Below the pieces are notes generated by a model. That model did not search any database and was not told the origin of the DNA. It saw only the letters and a program-made list of their open reading frames with translations. The position numbers and the translations under genes were made by a program. A DNA stretch of 64,000 nt from Vulcanimicrobiota bacterium. Lineage in GTDB: Bacteria; Vulcanimicrobiota; Xenobia; Xenobiales; JADMJV01. Positions 46,039 through 57,301 of this stretch are shown here, piece after piece. Positions within the stretch are counted from its first letter, which is position 1. Each line of letters starts with the position of its first letter. The stretch spans positions 3,744,149-3,808,148 of the forward strand of contig JBFWNU010000001.1 in assembly GCA_050250895.1 (NCBI GenBank). The letters are read 5' to 3'.

Positions 46039-49000
46039 CAGAGCACGGCGGCAAGCCGAAGATAGGGCTTTTCGGCGGTTCGCATTCCTTCGTTCACCCA
46101 GCGTTTGCGCGAGTCTACCAGCTTGTCGATTTCTTCGCGTTCGTCAGCGTAGCGCCGTTCTTCGTCCTGGCGCAGGGCTCGCCCCTTGGCCACGATCTCG
46201 GCGTCGAGGGCCTGATGACGTCGTTCTTGCCATTTCATCAGTCGGCGCAGCTCGGGCCGCAGAGCCTCGCCAACCTGCTGGCCGCGCTCCTGGCGCAGCC
46301 GTTTGAGATGTTCGCGGGCCATCTCGATAGCCGCGGGCAGGCCGGCTGAGAGGGCCGCGCCGTCAAAGTCCTGGCCCGGGTTGGTGAGGGCCGCCAGGTG
46401 GGGAAGCAGCTCGTCGAGTTCGAGAATCTCGGTGCCTCGAACGCCAAACCAGCGCACCAGCACCGGCTGGCTGCGAAGGTTGGATAGCACGGCTTGAAAC
46501 AGGTAGACCGGTCCCTGTAGGCCGGCGATGCGAAGCACAGGCGCTTCGTGGCGGATAAACAGCGAGAGTACGCGGTCGTTGAGCCACTCGGCCAGCGGGT
46601 GCTGGTCCCAGAACAGTTGCCACTCGGGCCAGCGGTCTTCGTCCTGGCGCGAGTCGACCAGGGCTTTCTGAACCAGTTCTCGATCGGTGGTCAGCTTGAG
46701 TTCCCAGTCGGCCTGGCGAAGCTCGGGGGGCAGATAGTGGTAGCGCACCTGGAGGTCCTCGGGAGCGTGGAACGAGAAGCCGCTCAGGTGGTCGTGCCAC
46801 TCGAGCTTGCAATCGAGTTCTTCGAAGGCCTCGCGGGCGTAGGCCAGGTCGTTTGCATAGAGCGAGAGGGGCTCGACCGTCTCGACCTCTGTCTTGCCCT
46901 CCTCACCCAGAAGAAGGGCCAAGAAGTCGGTATCGTCTGGCTCGTCGGGCACCACCGAGTCGGGCGACTCGTGGTTCTCGATACCTTGAGCGACGCGCTG
47001 TTCTTCGAGTTCGGCCTCGTGCAGGCGCATCAGCCAGGCCACATCGCCCAGGTTCTTGTGGGCGGCATTCTCTTTTTCGATCAGGCGGTCGAGCACGCGC
47101 AGGTCGCCCCGCAACTCGCCGTCGCGCGGGATGGTCAGCAAGTAGTGGATGTCGGGAGTCAGCACCGTCAGCAGGTTGTCGTCTTTCCACAGATCGGCCA
47201 GATAGCCGGTGCCGCCGGGCACGCCGTCGTAGAGCACCAGGTAATGGCGGCGGGCTCCCGAGGTGGGGTCGGGCTCGGACACCGCCTTGACCAGCAGGTG
47301 GCCGGGGTTGCCCTTGAAGTGGCGGCGCAGGCCCAGCAGCAGGGAGGCTTCGAACGAGGCCCGGCGAGCGTCGATGTTCTCGGCGGCCATGGGCAAGAGC
47401 AGACGGATCGCCTCGGACTGCACCTCGCGATAGAGCAAGATGGCCTTCGACTTCTCCTTGAAGGTGCCGCGCCGGTACTTGCAGTGAAAGGCGTGGTCGA
47501 TCTTGTCGCCCTCTTGCACCTTGCCGCACTGGTCGCAGACGGTGAAGCCGTCTTCGTGGATGGGCTGGCCAGCCACCCGCAGGTGGCCTCCGGTGGGGCG
47601 ATGCTGGCCGAAGTTGACCTCGCGCAAGGTGACCTTCTGCAGCAGCTCAAAGCCGAAAGGCAGCGACTCGATGAGGCGGGCTCCGCGCATGTGCTCGGGG
47701 CCCACGTCGATCAGGTTGACGGTGGTATAGCGCTCGTTCTGGCGCTCTTCGGTCTCGTCCACCGAGATGCTCTCGAGGGGGTTCGAGAAGGCCGAGGCCC
47801 GGCGAAAGGGCACCATCACCCGCAGCTGGCCGGTGTCGCCAAAGCCGGTGCAAGAGCAGCGCGGGCAGCGCTCGGGAGCCTTGCCTTCGGCCTGGCGGGT
47901 CATGTGGTGGCACTCGGGGCAAAAGCGCCACTGCTCGAACAGCGGCTGGCTGCTGCTGCCGATGTCGATCTGGCGAACCTGCACCTTGCGGCCCTCGGCA
48001 TAGAACGAGTTGAAGGGAGCGAACTCGCGAATGGCGGCGCTGGCGGCTCGCACGTACTCGCGGGTCTCATAGCGCTCGTCGACGGGGCCGTCGTCCTTGC
48101 GCTTGACCACCGAGCGCAGGGTGACTCCCGGTTCGGGAAAGGCATAGTTGGGCAGCACCCCGTCGTCGGTGAGGATGTTGAGGGGATACTTCTCGCGCAG
48201 CTCCTTGAGCAGGCGCTTCAAGACCCGGCGCGAGTCTTCGAGTTCGCGCTTTTCGAGGTCGGGATCGTCCGAGCTGTCGGGGTCTTGCTCGACCTGCTGA
48301 AAGCGCTTCTCGAGGCTCTCGACCTGCTTGCGCAGCTCGTTGCGGCGCTCGGCCACCGCCTCGAAGGCGTCGTCGAGCCAGGCCGGAATGGCCGGCCCCA
48401 GGCCAAACTCTTGCATGGCCTGGCGATTGGCATCGTCGAGCTCGTCGGCGAAAAGCTCGAGAAAGCGGGCCGTCAGCTCGGGTTGGTGTTGCTTGAAGAA
48501 GGCGATAGGACGACCGGGAAACTTCTCGCGGCCGGCTCCCAGGGTCTGGAAGGCGTGGCGGGGCACGGCCGAGAGCTCGTCCTCTTGGGCGGCCCAGCAG
48601 TCGAGCACGAAGGCCACCATCTGGCGCTTGAGCATCTCGGGGGCGTTGAGAAAGCAGCCCGGAGGCAGCACCTGGCCGGCCATCATCTCTTTGGGTTGGG
48701 TGTAGAAATAGAGATCGTGGGGGCGGCGCGTCACCCCAGCGGCGCGGCGCGCAGCGCCGGTAGGGAATGATGAGAGCGTCGCCACCGCGCCCGTTTAGCA
48801 ATCCTGGACTTGCGTTCTCATCGTTCCCGTCAAGCCGCGTCCAGGGTGAGGCCCACCGGGTGAGGGCCATCGACAGACAGAAGGCGTTGCCGGTCTGGCG
48901 GCCGGCCCGGCCCATGCGCTGCAGATAGTTGGCCGTAGCCGGAGGCACCGAGCACACCATGGTGGCCGACAGGTCGCCCACGTCGACACCCAGCTCGAGG

Positions 49001-51981
49001 GTGGGGGTGCAGACCAGCAGGTTGGGATCGCCCGGGGCTCCGCGTTTGAAGCGCTCTTCGAGCAGTTCGCGGTCGGGGCGTTGCAACAGGCCCGTGTGCT
49101 CGGAAGAGACGATGCGGGTGGTGTGGCCCGAGCGATAGATGCGCCCGTAGTAGCTCTCTTGGATGGCAGCCGGCTCGAGGCGTCCGTCGCAGCGAAAGCG
49201 AGGGCAGCGCTGGCCAACCCAGCGGTCGAGCGAGGTGGCGGCCAGGGTGGTGCGCTGGCCGCAGTGGGGGCAGACCACCTGGCCCACCTGGCGGCTGGCC
49301 CACATGGCTTCAGGACGCAACCCGCTGGCCTGGCCCTGGCCGCTGGGCAGGGTCTCGAGCAGGCCGTGCTGGTCGAGGCGCTTGACGGCCAGGGCATAGA
49401 GCGCGCCCATGCCGTCGTCTTTCTGGGGCGCTCCCAGGCAGCGCGAGGCCCAGTCGCGATACCAGTGCAGCGTGCTGCCCCGGTAGGTGTCGAAGATGTC
49501 GTGGCTGCTGTGCGAGTGAAGAAAGCGCGGCAGTCGCGTGCCGCGAGGAAAGGGCGACAGCAGCGGGTTCTTCTTCTTGCTCAAGAAATAGCTGTTGCCG
49601 TCTTTTTCGATGAAGCCTCGCAGCAGCGGATGCAGCACCGCTCCGCGCACCCTCAGGCGGTGCAAAAAGGCGTCGAGAAAGTGCCGCACGGTGGCCTCTT
49701 CGAGCTTGCTCACGGCCACCGGTCTGGTCTCGATCAGGTCCTGGGCCAGGGCGGCGGCCGCCGCATCCAGGCGCTGGGGGTCGAAATAGACGGTCGAGCA
49801 GCCGGTCTTTTCTAAGGTGCGACCGACCCGGGCGCTAAAGCCGTATTCCATGGCCACTTCCCAGCCCAGGCGCGTCTCGAGCTGGGGCCAGACCCGCTCG
49901 GGAGTGCCCTGCTCGAGGCTCTCGAGGTAGAGGGGATAGTCGTCAAGATCAGAGGGCCAGAAGCCGGCCAGCAGCCGGGCCGGCTCGCCCTCGGCTAGCA
50001 GGGCCTTCACGCATTCGCTCAGCGGCAGGTCGTGGTCGCGCTCTTCGAGCACCCGCTGCAGCTGGGTGCGCAGGTGAAAGCGGTAGGTGCGGGCGCCGAA
50101 GAAGCCGGAGCGATGCGAGGCGTCTTGCACCGAGTCGGTGAAGGCCAGCATCTTTTTGTCTTGATTGTAGGGAGTGTTGAACAACAGCGAGATGGCCACG
50201 CTCGAGAGGGTGGCCGCTCGCGAGCCCAGGATGCTGAGGGCCTTGTCGGCTCCGCACTCGAGGCACTGGCCGGCGAACTTGCGCGGGCCGCTGCCGGGCT
50301 TGGCGGTCTCGTTGGAGACGGCCACCGGAATCTCGCCTTCGGCCGCCTCCTGGGCGTAGTGAAAGCGCATGGTCGAGGTGTTGAGCATGTGGGGGAAGGC
50401 GCCGTCGGAGCGGGTCTGGTTGAGCAGCAGAAAGCGGGCCTGCTTGTTCTCTTCGAGAAAGGCGCGGCCGATCTCGGCGGTGGCGGTGAGAAAGCGCTGC
50501 TCGCCCACCCGCTCGAGGGTGCCCACCCCGCACACTCCGCACTCGTGGCAATAGACGATGGGCAGCCCGTGCTGGCCCGGCTGGCGACGCCGCTCGTCTT
50601 CCCAGAAGAAGCGAAGCTCGGGACCCACCTCGCGCAGCAGGCGGCGCAGCTCGCGAATCCAGACTTGCACCTGGCAGGTGAGAAAGGGGCGCAGCCGGCC
50701 CTCTTGCTCGTGGCGGGCGTGGGAGACCAGGGCCAGAAACGAGTCGAGGGCGTGGGGGCGCACGTCCTCGGGCAGCTCGCCAAAGTCCGATTCGAGGCGG
50801 GCCAGGTCTTCGCACAGCTCGTCTTGCGAGCGCAGCTTTCCCCCCAGCGAGGTCAACAGGCGGCGCAAAAATGTGTGTCGCTCGAGCAGCTTGCCCAGTG
50901 CCAGCGGGTCGGTTTGGGTTTGGCCGAGCCATAGCGCCGACTGGCTGGCCAGGTAGGTTTGGGGGTCGGGATAGCTCTCGAGCAGCAGCTGACTGGCCTG
51001 GTGGGGTTCGGGCACCCGTGAGATGGCGTCTTCAGGCTTGGGTAGAGGGAAGCGCTCGGCCACGCTCTGGCGCGACTCGCCCACCACCGACAGCTCAGAA
51101 AAGGCCCCTTCGCCGAAGACCTGGCTGGCGAAGTCGAGCAACTGGCGGGTCGACTCGGCCTGGTGGCGCTCGCCGATGGTGGCCGAGGTGCCCACGCAGC
51201 AGAGGCCTCCGGGCTGGATGGCCAGGCGCGCCTTGAGGCGCCGAATCAGGCAGGCCACATCGCTGCCCTGGGCGCCGTCATAGGTGTGCAGCTCGTCGAG
51301 CACCAGATAGCGCAGGGTGTCGGGCGTGTTGTGGGCCCACAGGGCCCGGTCGTCGGGGCGCTGCAGCAGAAAGTCGAGCATCTTGTAGTTGGTCAGCAAG
51401 ATGTCAGGAGGCGACTGGCGCAGTACCTCGCGGTCGTCGACCAGGTGCTCGGCGTCTGCCACCCGGTGTTGCCCCTGGCCGCCCACATAGAGCCCGGCCG
51501 TGACCTGCCCCTGCAGGCGCTCGTCTTCGGCCAGAATGCCGGCCAGACGGCGGGCCTGGTCGGTGGCCAGGGCATTCATCGGATAGAGCAAGATGGCCTT
51601 GATGCCCCGCTGCTCGCGAGTGCGATAGCAGTGGTCGAGGATGGGATAGAGAAAGCACTCGGTTTTACCCGACCCGGTGCCCGTCACCACCAGCGTATGG
51701 TGAGGTTGCTGCCCTTTGCGCGAGTGCAGGCGCAGAAAGGCCTGACGCTGGTGCTCGTAGGGGGTGAAGTTTGGCCGGATCTCGAGAAAGAGCTGGGCCT
51801 TGGGATCGGCCTGCTGGAAGGGTAGGCGCAGGTCGAGGTAAGGCCCTTTGAAAATGCCCTCGGGGCCGGCCAGGTAGTCGAAGAACGCCTGCTCGAAGAC
51901 CGGGTCGCTGAAGCTGAAGGTGGTCTTGAGGTAGTCGAGCAGGGTCTCTTTGAGTTGGGCCGCTACCAGCGAGGGGAACAT
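46035..51981 (-). pseudogene. DEAD/DEAH helicase with DUF1998 domain, frameshifted by a 133-bp insertion and apparently fused to an SNF2-helicase tail
   Basis: TGTGSGKTE, LYPMNAL, LDELHTY, TSAT, TLELGVDVG, QRMGRAGR, YDGVPGGTGY; removing 48726-48858 restores LSMALTRPHDLYF. Confidence 0.85.
48726..48858. mobile_element. 133-bp hairpin mini-element, copy 2
   Basis: Interrupts the helicase frame; possible CCG duplication; homologous to 43953-44086. Confidence 0.85.
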
Positions 51982-52075
51982 TCCAGGAGGTTGGACCTGT
52001 CAGGCGTGGTTACCTGCTTGCGGGATGTCGACGTGGAACATAAGAGCAGAGATGGCTGGAGCTTTGGTCTGGGCT

Positions 52076-53023
52076 CTATTGCGGGAAGACAATAATACTT
52101 TTCTTATTCAGACTTCGGTGTGTGTAGATGAGAATTATCACATTGAAGGTGGTGTCGAAGGCTTCGGCCAGACACTCCTGGAAAAGCCCGTTCTTGTCTT
52201 GGAGGACTATCTGGCGCGGTCTAGTCATTCGCCTACCGATCGGCAGAAGGGAACCAAATGGGTGGTCCAGGGTGATTATATGGTCTTGAGGCGGATGGAA
52301 CCTCGCTGTGAAAGACGGAGAAGGCTCGATGCGGCGTACCGTGGCTTGGGCGCCGAACCCCTCCACATACTCAATCGGCTCGAGCACGTAGACGATACAC
52401 TCTCGATGATTGGTCCGAGCGAACTCGCGGGCGGATGCGTAAATGGAGGCACCGAATTTCTTCGCCAACTTGATTGGTGTCTTGATTTCGAGTGGACTGT
52501 CAGCAGCAAGCTGAGCGTAGGTATCTCCTTGGAATAGAACAAATCTGGCGAAGTTGTTCGCTTCTCGTTCGAACTGGTCAGAGATCTCGGGCGCGAGCGT
52601 CTGCTCACAATCCTGAAACAGGCCAAACATCTGGCGGTGCGTAGGGAGTTGATGGTGACCGGCTTCGTGGAGCTTAATGAAATTTCTTTTGGAAGCTCCC
52701 AAAGTCTCGTCGATGTGAATGACTCGTTCCTGGGCGTCGTACAAGCCGAGTATCTTGGACAGCGCTGACTTGACCTGTGTTACGATCCTCGTTGCCTTTG
52801 AAGCCAAACGAGATGCATTAGCTTTGAAAAAATTCAAAATGTTTGTGGGATCGAATATTCCTTTCGGGGCAACTTTGACGGCGGCTGCCGCCAAGAGTTG
52901 GTCAACGGGGGTGGGGAAACGGTTCCATGCATCCGCCGCGTCCAATAGCCGGCGGGCGTGTTCCTGGACTTTACGAAGGTCAGCGTGCTCTAGCCAGCTA
53001 TCGTTGGGACGCATCGTCGGCAT
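52076..53023 (-). CDS. ImmA/IrrE-family metallopeptidase (CapP-like)
   Basis: HEAGH...EREANNFA; C-terminal HTH/GAF-like region. Confidence 0.85.
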   Translation of the reverse strand: MPTMRPNDSWLEHADLRKVQEHARRLLDAADAWNRFPTPVDQLLAAAAVKVAPKGIFDPTNILNFFKANASRLASKATRIVTQVKSALSKILGLYDAQERVIHIDETLGASKRNFIKLHEAGHHQLPTHRQMFGLFQDCEQTLAPEISDQFEREANNFARFVLFQGDTYAQLAADSPLEIKTPIKLAKKFGASIYASAREFARTNHRECIVYVLEPIEYVEGFGAQATVRRIEPSPSFTARFHPPQDHIITLDHPFGSLLPIGRRMTRPRQIVLQDKNGLFQECLAEAFDTTFNVIILIYTHRSLNKKSIIVFPQ

Positions 53024-53372
53024 CTTTCGGGTTCTGGCTTCGAATGAATTTTAGGTAGGCGAGGAGCTGGCTCTCTTCCTCGCTGGTTAGGTGATGTTCC
53101 GCGAAGGTTGCAATGCTCCCGTGTCGCTCGGTCGGTTCACGCTTCTTTGACGGCACCACGTAACCAGCCATTTCCATCAACTTCGGATAGCTGATGTCAT
53201 AAAGCACGGCGAGAGCGTGCAGAATGTTAGGAGAAGGCTTCCCGACTCTGCCGTTTTCGATCTGGCTTAGGTAAGCGTTGGAGACTTCGCGGTTGGTAGC
53301 CTCCTCGACTTGTCGTAGCGTTAGATTTCGGTCGGCGCGAATCGAGGCAAGGTATTCGCCTAAACTTGACAT
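52998..53372 (-). CDS. XRE HTH regulator (CapH-like)
   Basis: LTLRQVEEAT...SNAYLSQIENG; C-terminal TFAEHHLTSEEE..LL.YL.FIR. Confidence 0.88.
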   Translation of the reverse strand: MSSLGEYLASIRADRNLTLRQVEEATNREVSNAYLSQIENGRVGKPSPNILHALAVLYDISYPKLMEMAGYVVPSKKREPTERHGSIATFAEHHLTSEEESQLLAYLKFIRSQNPKDADDASQR

Positions 53373-53395
53373 GATTACGAAAACTCCGAAGCCCA

Positions 53396-53614
53396 CTAAT
53401 AGTGGTCACCAGACTCGAGACCCCTCACGTTCGGGATTGGAGGAACGCTCTCGGAAGGAAGCAGATTCCTTCGAGAAATCGTAACCTCCTTGAGCATTTC
53501 CTCCTTCTTCCACCCGGGCCAGGACGCCATCTTCTCGGCGTGAGAGTCGGCAATACCCCTAACCAATGTTTCATCTCTCCCCGAACTGGCCAGGTTGTCT
53601 GTTGTTTGACTCAT
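53396..53614 (-). CDS. Small hypothetical protein (WPGWK motif)
   Basis: GGGAG RBS, starts 13 bp after the deaminase stop. Confidence 0.55.
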   Translation of the reverse strand: MSQTTDNLASSGRDETLVRGIADSHAEKMASWPGWKKEEMLKEVTISRRNLLPSESVPPIPNVRGLESGDHY

Positions 53615-53627
53615 CTTGATGTCTCCC

Positions 53628-55130
53628 TTAACCGTTAATGGAACTAGTATAGCCTATCTCATTGTATAGATATGCCTTGGCGGATTCCACTATTCTGGGA
53701 TAGGGCGCGCCAAGATACCATTTGAGAATCCTTCCACTCTCGTCCTTTCGTCTTTTACCCATCCGAAATAAGTCCATGTAAATTCTCGGAGCTATTCCAA
53801 CAAAGGGCCGAAAGTTTATCCTGCTTCCATCCTTACATTCGCTGTCAACTTGGATGGCATCATCGTGTAGAGTCTCGGCCAAGCTTTTTGGATACGGCTC
53901 GATGAAGACTACCTCAGCGATTCCGGCGGCGATGATGTGTCGTGTGCATTCGTGGCAGGGAAATGTTGTTACGTACATGACGTGGTCCTGGGTTGATATA
54001 CCTCTACGGGAAGCATCAACGATTGCGAACATCTCTGCGTGAACAGCTCGACCGAATTCGATAAGGTCAGCGAAATGTGCGCCTTCGAAGACTTCCTTTC
54101 TGAGTGGCTCGCTCATTTGAAGGTTTTCCAAAAATTCTAGTAAGCCTGATTGGCTCTTCACCTTTGGGGAGGAAACTAATCTTGCAATGATATCGTCCAA
54201 TATCCGGCGCTTGAGTATGTCATTAGAGTCTTCCCCGGTCACAAAATCTCTCCGGTCAGTGGATTCATCGGCCCAGTAGGCGCCACCGCCTTTCTTTGGG
54301 ACCTCGTTCATGCCCAGAGCCACTACGTTTCCATCCAGGGTGGCGACAGCGGCGCCCACTTGCCTACCAAGTGCTGACGAACGAAGAGCGGCACCGTAGG
54401 CTTGGAACATACAAAATTCTTCTCTCGTTGGAGTTAAATATGGCGCTCCAAAAAGTAGGTGAATAAAACGCTTGACCTGCGCATCTAGGCGCTCCTTTCT
54501 AACACTGAGGTCAAAAAAAACGTCTGCAAGGTGGAACGCGTCGCGAACGCGTTGACCATAGGAGACTCCCTCCTCTTTCCGATCTGTAGCGATTAGTTCG
54601 AGTGCCGTCGCATGGTGCTTCTCGGGTTGCTTCTCTCTACGAGAATCGGCGATTAGTCTAGCAAGACGCTTCGCTCTCGACTCGTGAGGCGCATAGGCTC
54701 CGAGGAGGAAGAACGAACGGCCGTAGATTTGCCGGAACGTCTCGACTTCTTCCCTCCTCTTTATGGAGCGAAAGATGTAGGACCGTGCGGGAAGAGGCGG
54801 AAGTATCCCCTCCTGGTCTGGTTTCTTAGTCTCACCCCAGACCTGTTGCCGAAATTCGAAAATCGCATTGACCGAGAGAAGCGCCAACGCGTCAGCCGCT
54901 CTCACGGAGCTACAAAAGTCCGTACCTCGTTTCATGAGCTTTCTATACCGTTCGTCAGCTGGCAATCTGACGGTGGGTTCATCCGCGGGAACGAGCTCTA
55001 TCAGGCGAATGATCTTGCTTTCGTAGCCAAGGCTCTTCAAGCTCTCCTCGAGAGAGGTCGTCAAGAGGGCAAGATCGGTGCCGATTGGACCGACCAGTCC
55101 GAAGAAGAGTTCCGGCAGCTTTGTGCTCAT
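53628..55130 (-). CDS. Anti-phage dCTP/dCMP deaminase (kinase-like + deaminase domains, AvcD-like)
   Basis: GLVGPIGT P-loop-like N-terminus; RQVGA, VHAEM, TTFPCHEC, IEPYPKS. Confidence 0.9.
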   Translation of the reverse strand: MSTKLPELFFGLVGPIGTDLALLTTSLEESLKSLGYESKIIRLIELVPADEPTVRLPADERYRKLMKRGTDFCSSVRAADALALLSVNAIFEFRQQVWGETKKPDQEGILPPLPARSYIFRSIKRREEVETFRQIYGRSFFLLGAYAPHESRAKRLARLIADSRREKQPEKHHATALELIATDRKEEGVSYGQRVRDAFHLADVFFDLSVRKERLDAQVKRFIHLLFGAPYLTPTREEFCMFQAYGAALRSSALGRQVGAAVATLDGNVVALGMNEVPKKGGGAYWADESTDRRDFVTGEDSNDILKRRILDDIIARLVSSPKVKSQSGLLEFLENLQMSEPLRKEVFEGAHFADLIEFGRAVHAEMFAIVDASRRGISTQDHVMYVTTFPCHECTRHIIAAGIAEVVFIEPYPKSLAETLHDDAIQVDSECKDGSRINFRPFVGIAPRIYMDLFRMGKRRKDESGRILKWYLGAPYPRIVESAKAYLYNEIGYTSSING

Positions 55131-55175
55131 TCCAAGATGATAATCAAAGATTGATGGAATTTCAACTCTTGTCGG

Positions 55176-55562
55176 CTATAATTTGCCTGGTGCGGGGGTG
55201 GTCACCCATTCTATATGACCGCTTCGAAACCAAAAGTGCGAACGACAACCTACGAGACGCCGAATCGACGGCTCAATTGACGTAGTTCCATCGGCGTCGA
55301 GTTGCACTCGCCAGCATGGCCGATCGTCGGGATTGAGGTTAAGATAGAGAATGGCCCCACATCTACAAGGGCAAGTCAGGACGGCCAACTCTTGGAACTC
55401 AGCCTCGACAACGATATAGAGTCTTCGTCCGCTCAACCGTCGGGGGAGTTCGTCCTCTACTAAAATGGTCGAATACCGGACATTTGGACGGCGTGACGAC
55501 CACCAGTCACGAACTCCTATCAAAATGGCCTCGACGGCCTGAACGAGCCAGCTAATCACCAT
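55176..55562 (-). CDS. DUF6527 family protein
   Basis: CPCRCG...L.L...PCW...SIEPSI...GCRSHFW...G.I.W. Confidence 0.8.
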   Translation of the reverse strand: MVISWLVQAVEAILIGVRDWWSSRRPNVRYSTILVEDELPRRLSGRRLYIVVEAEFQELAVLTCPCRCGAILYLNLNPDDRPCWRVQLDADGTTSIEPSIRRLVGCRSHFWFRSGHIEWVTTPAPGKL

Positions 55563-55567
55563 TTGAT

Positions 55568-56902
55568 TCAGGCCGCCGAGAGTTCTGATAGTCCCAGAAG
55601 TGGGACTACGTCCCCCAGGCCCTGTCTCGACGCGATAATCGGGCAGGTCGCACACTCAGGGTCGCAAAAGAGTTCCATGCTACCGAGGCTGAAGCCAACG
55701 CTGGCATATCTTTCGTTGGATTCCTCTCTGAACGGGTGCAACCTTGCCAGCAGCTCGTTCACGGCCAATGATGCGGCTAACATATTCACGCTTATGACTG
55801 CTGGCCGCTGAGTGACTACGCCAGTGATGTAGCCTTCTCCCGCTTGGGCGGCGTAGGCCTCTGGGTCGTCGCGTCGCAGTCCAGCTTCGCTCACCTGATT
55901 CATCGTGAACAGACCCCGGGTCAGCAGACTTGAGCCCCCAGGTTTCAGATAGTGTACGGTCCCACATACATCTTCGATCGGACGATGCCCTCCTAGACCC
56001 TTACGCGTCGCAATCCGGATGCCGATGTCGAAGTAGGGTTGATTGTAGTGTGAGGCAAGCAGGTTGAGCAGGAAGCGGCCATCCACTGAATCCATGCACC
56101 CAAAGACGATGTCGCATTCCCCGACCTCTCTCACTGCAGTCGGTGTCCAGAGATTTTTCTTGATCTGTCGAACCTTCGTCCCCAATCCCATCTCTTCAAT
56201 TCCCCTTGCAAGGACTTCGACTTTTGAACGCTTGGCTTCAGCATCCGCTGCCGTGGAATGCAGGATCCTGTTCAGGTTGCGTACTTCGACGATGTCGTCA
56301 TCAACCAAAACCAGTTCACCGACACCCAGCCGAGCCAACTGAATCGCAACAGGACTGCCGGTGCCAGAGACACCCACCACCGCTATTGAAAGCCGACGGA
56401 GACATTCAAAAGTGCCCTGATCAAAGGCCTGTAAGTGTGACGATGCGAAGCCCAGCCGAGTGTCGCAGTCTGCGGCGGATGGGGATACTCTAATTTCATC
56501 GCCGACCGTGTAGATACTGTCGATAGGAACAAAGGTGTGCTCTCTTGTCAGCACGAGGCCCTTCATAGTTCCGTCGGGTTGCATCCTGACCAAACCGTGT
56601 GGCGCACCCGATAGGGCCCGGAGGCTCGCTAGTAGTTCATTCTCCAGTTCCCGGGCTTCGCAATTCCGCGGCAGCACAACAAGGAAAGCCCCTCCCTCAG
56701 GAAGGGACATCCCGGTTATCAGGCCTGGCAATGACTCCCTCGCTGCGGGGATGATCTCCCGACCGACTATCCGCAGTGTGTTTCTACCGTGTCTGCATCC
56801 ACATCGTATGACCGCAGCGCACTCTGAATTTCCTCGATAGAGGCCCTCTCTCAGACCATCCACGATACATTCAGTCAAAGCGATTACGACCTTTTGATTC
56901 AT
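55568..56902 (-). CDS. ThiF/E1-like adenylyltransferase with degenerate N-terminal JAB-like domain
   Basis: VVGVSGTGS, DDD.VE..NLNR, FGCMDS, C-terminal CATC; no HxH motif in the N-terminal region. Confidence 0.88.
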   Translation of the reverse strand: MNQKVVIALTECIVDGLREGLYRGNSECAAVIRCGCRHGRNTLRIVGREIIPAARESLPGLITGMSLPEGGAFLVVLPRNCEARELENELLASLRALSGAPHGLVRMQPDGTMKGLVLTREHTFVPIDSIYTVGDEIRVSPSAADCDTRLGFASSHLQAFDQGTFECLRRLSIAVVGVSGTGSPVAIQLARLGVGELVLVDDDIVEVRNLNRILHSTAADAEAKRSKVEVLARGIEEMGLGTKVRQIKKNLWTPTAVREVGECDIVFGCMDSVDGRFLLNLLASHYNQPYFDIGIRIATRKGLGGHRPIEDVCGTVHYLKPGGSSLLTRGLFTMNQVSEAGLRRDDPEAYAAQAGEGYITGVVTQRPAVISVNMLAASLAVNELLARLHPFREESNERYASVGFSLGSMELFCDPECATCPIIASRQGLGDVVPLLGLSELSAA

Positions 56903-57294
56903 TTTAGAAGTTCCCTTTCAAGCCAATCCTCTACCAGAATTATATGGGTCTCCAGGCTATCAAACCCAATGCGCCAAGGGTTCTGTTTGCTCCGGTGTCG
57001 CGACCATCTCTGATATGTCTTCGATTCAATGACCTGCTGGGCGTCCGTTGCACCGATTCTCTGTTGGTCCTCTCGAGCGATCCTCGGATGGAAATAGACC
57101 ATGTTGAGTTCTACGTTTGGGTATCCCGTCTCAATTCGGATCGCTGCGGTGGCCTTCCTCACTGTGTAGCCAGGCGGGAGCGGGAAGTCATGAATCAGCA
57201 CCCACCTCGACCCGTCGAGGACCGATTCCCAGGGCAGCCCATAATCGTTAAGAAAGGTCTCGTCGTTAGGCAAGAGGTCGAATTGACGGCGCAT
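56899..57294 (-). CDS. Prokaryotic E2 (family E), no cysteine
   Basis: FPLPPGY, GYP, QRWSRHR, PW. Confidence 0.85.
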   Translation of the reverse strand: MRRQFDLLPNDETFLNDYGLPWESVLDGSRWVLIHDFPLPPGYTVRKATAAIRIETGYPNVELNMVYFHPRIAREDQQRIGATDAQQVIESKTYQRWSRHRSKQNPWRIGFDSLETHIILVEDWLERELLK

Positions 57295-57301
57295 AACTCC
57301 A

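Noticed and set aside
46548-48770. 740-aa plus-strand ORF and similar long antisense ORFs (13296-15020, 36682-38094)
   Set aside because: Antisense shadows of well-supported genes in high-GC DNA.
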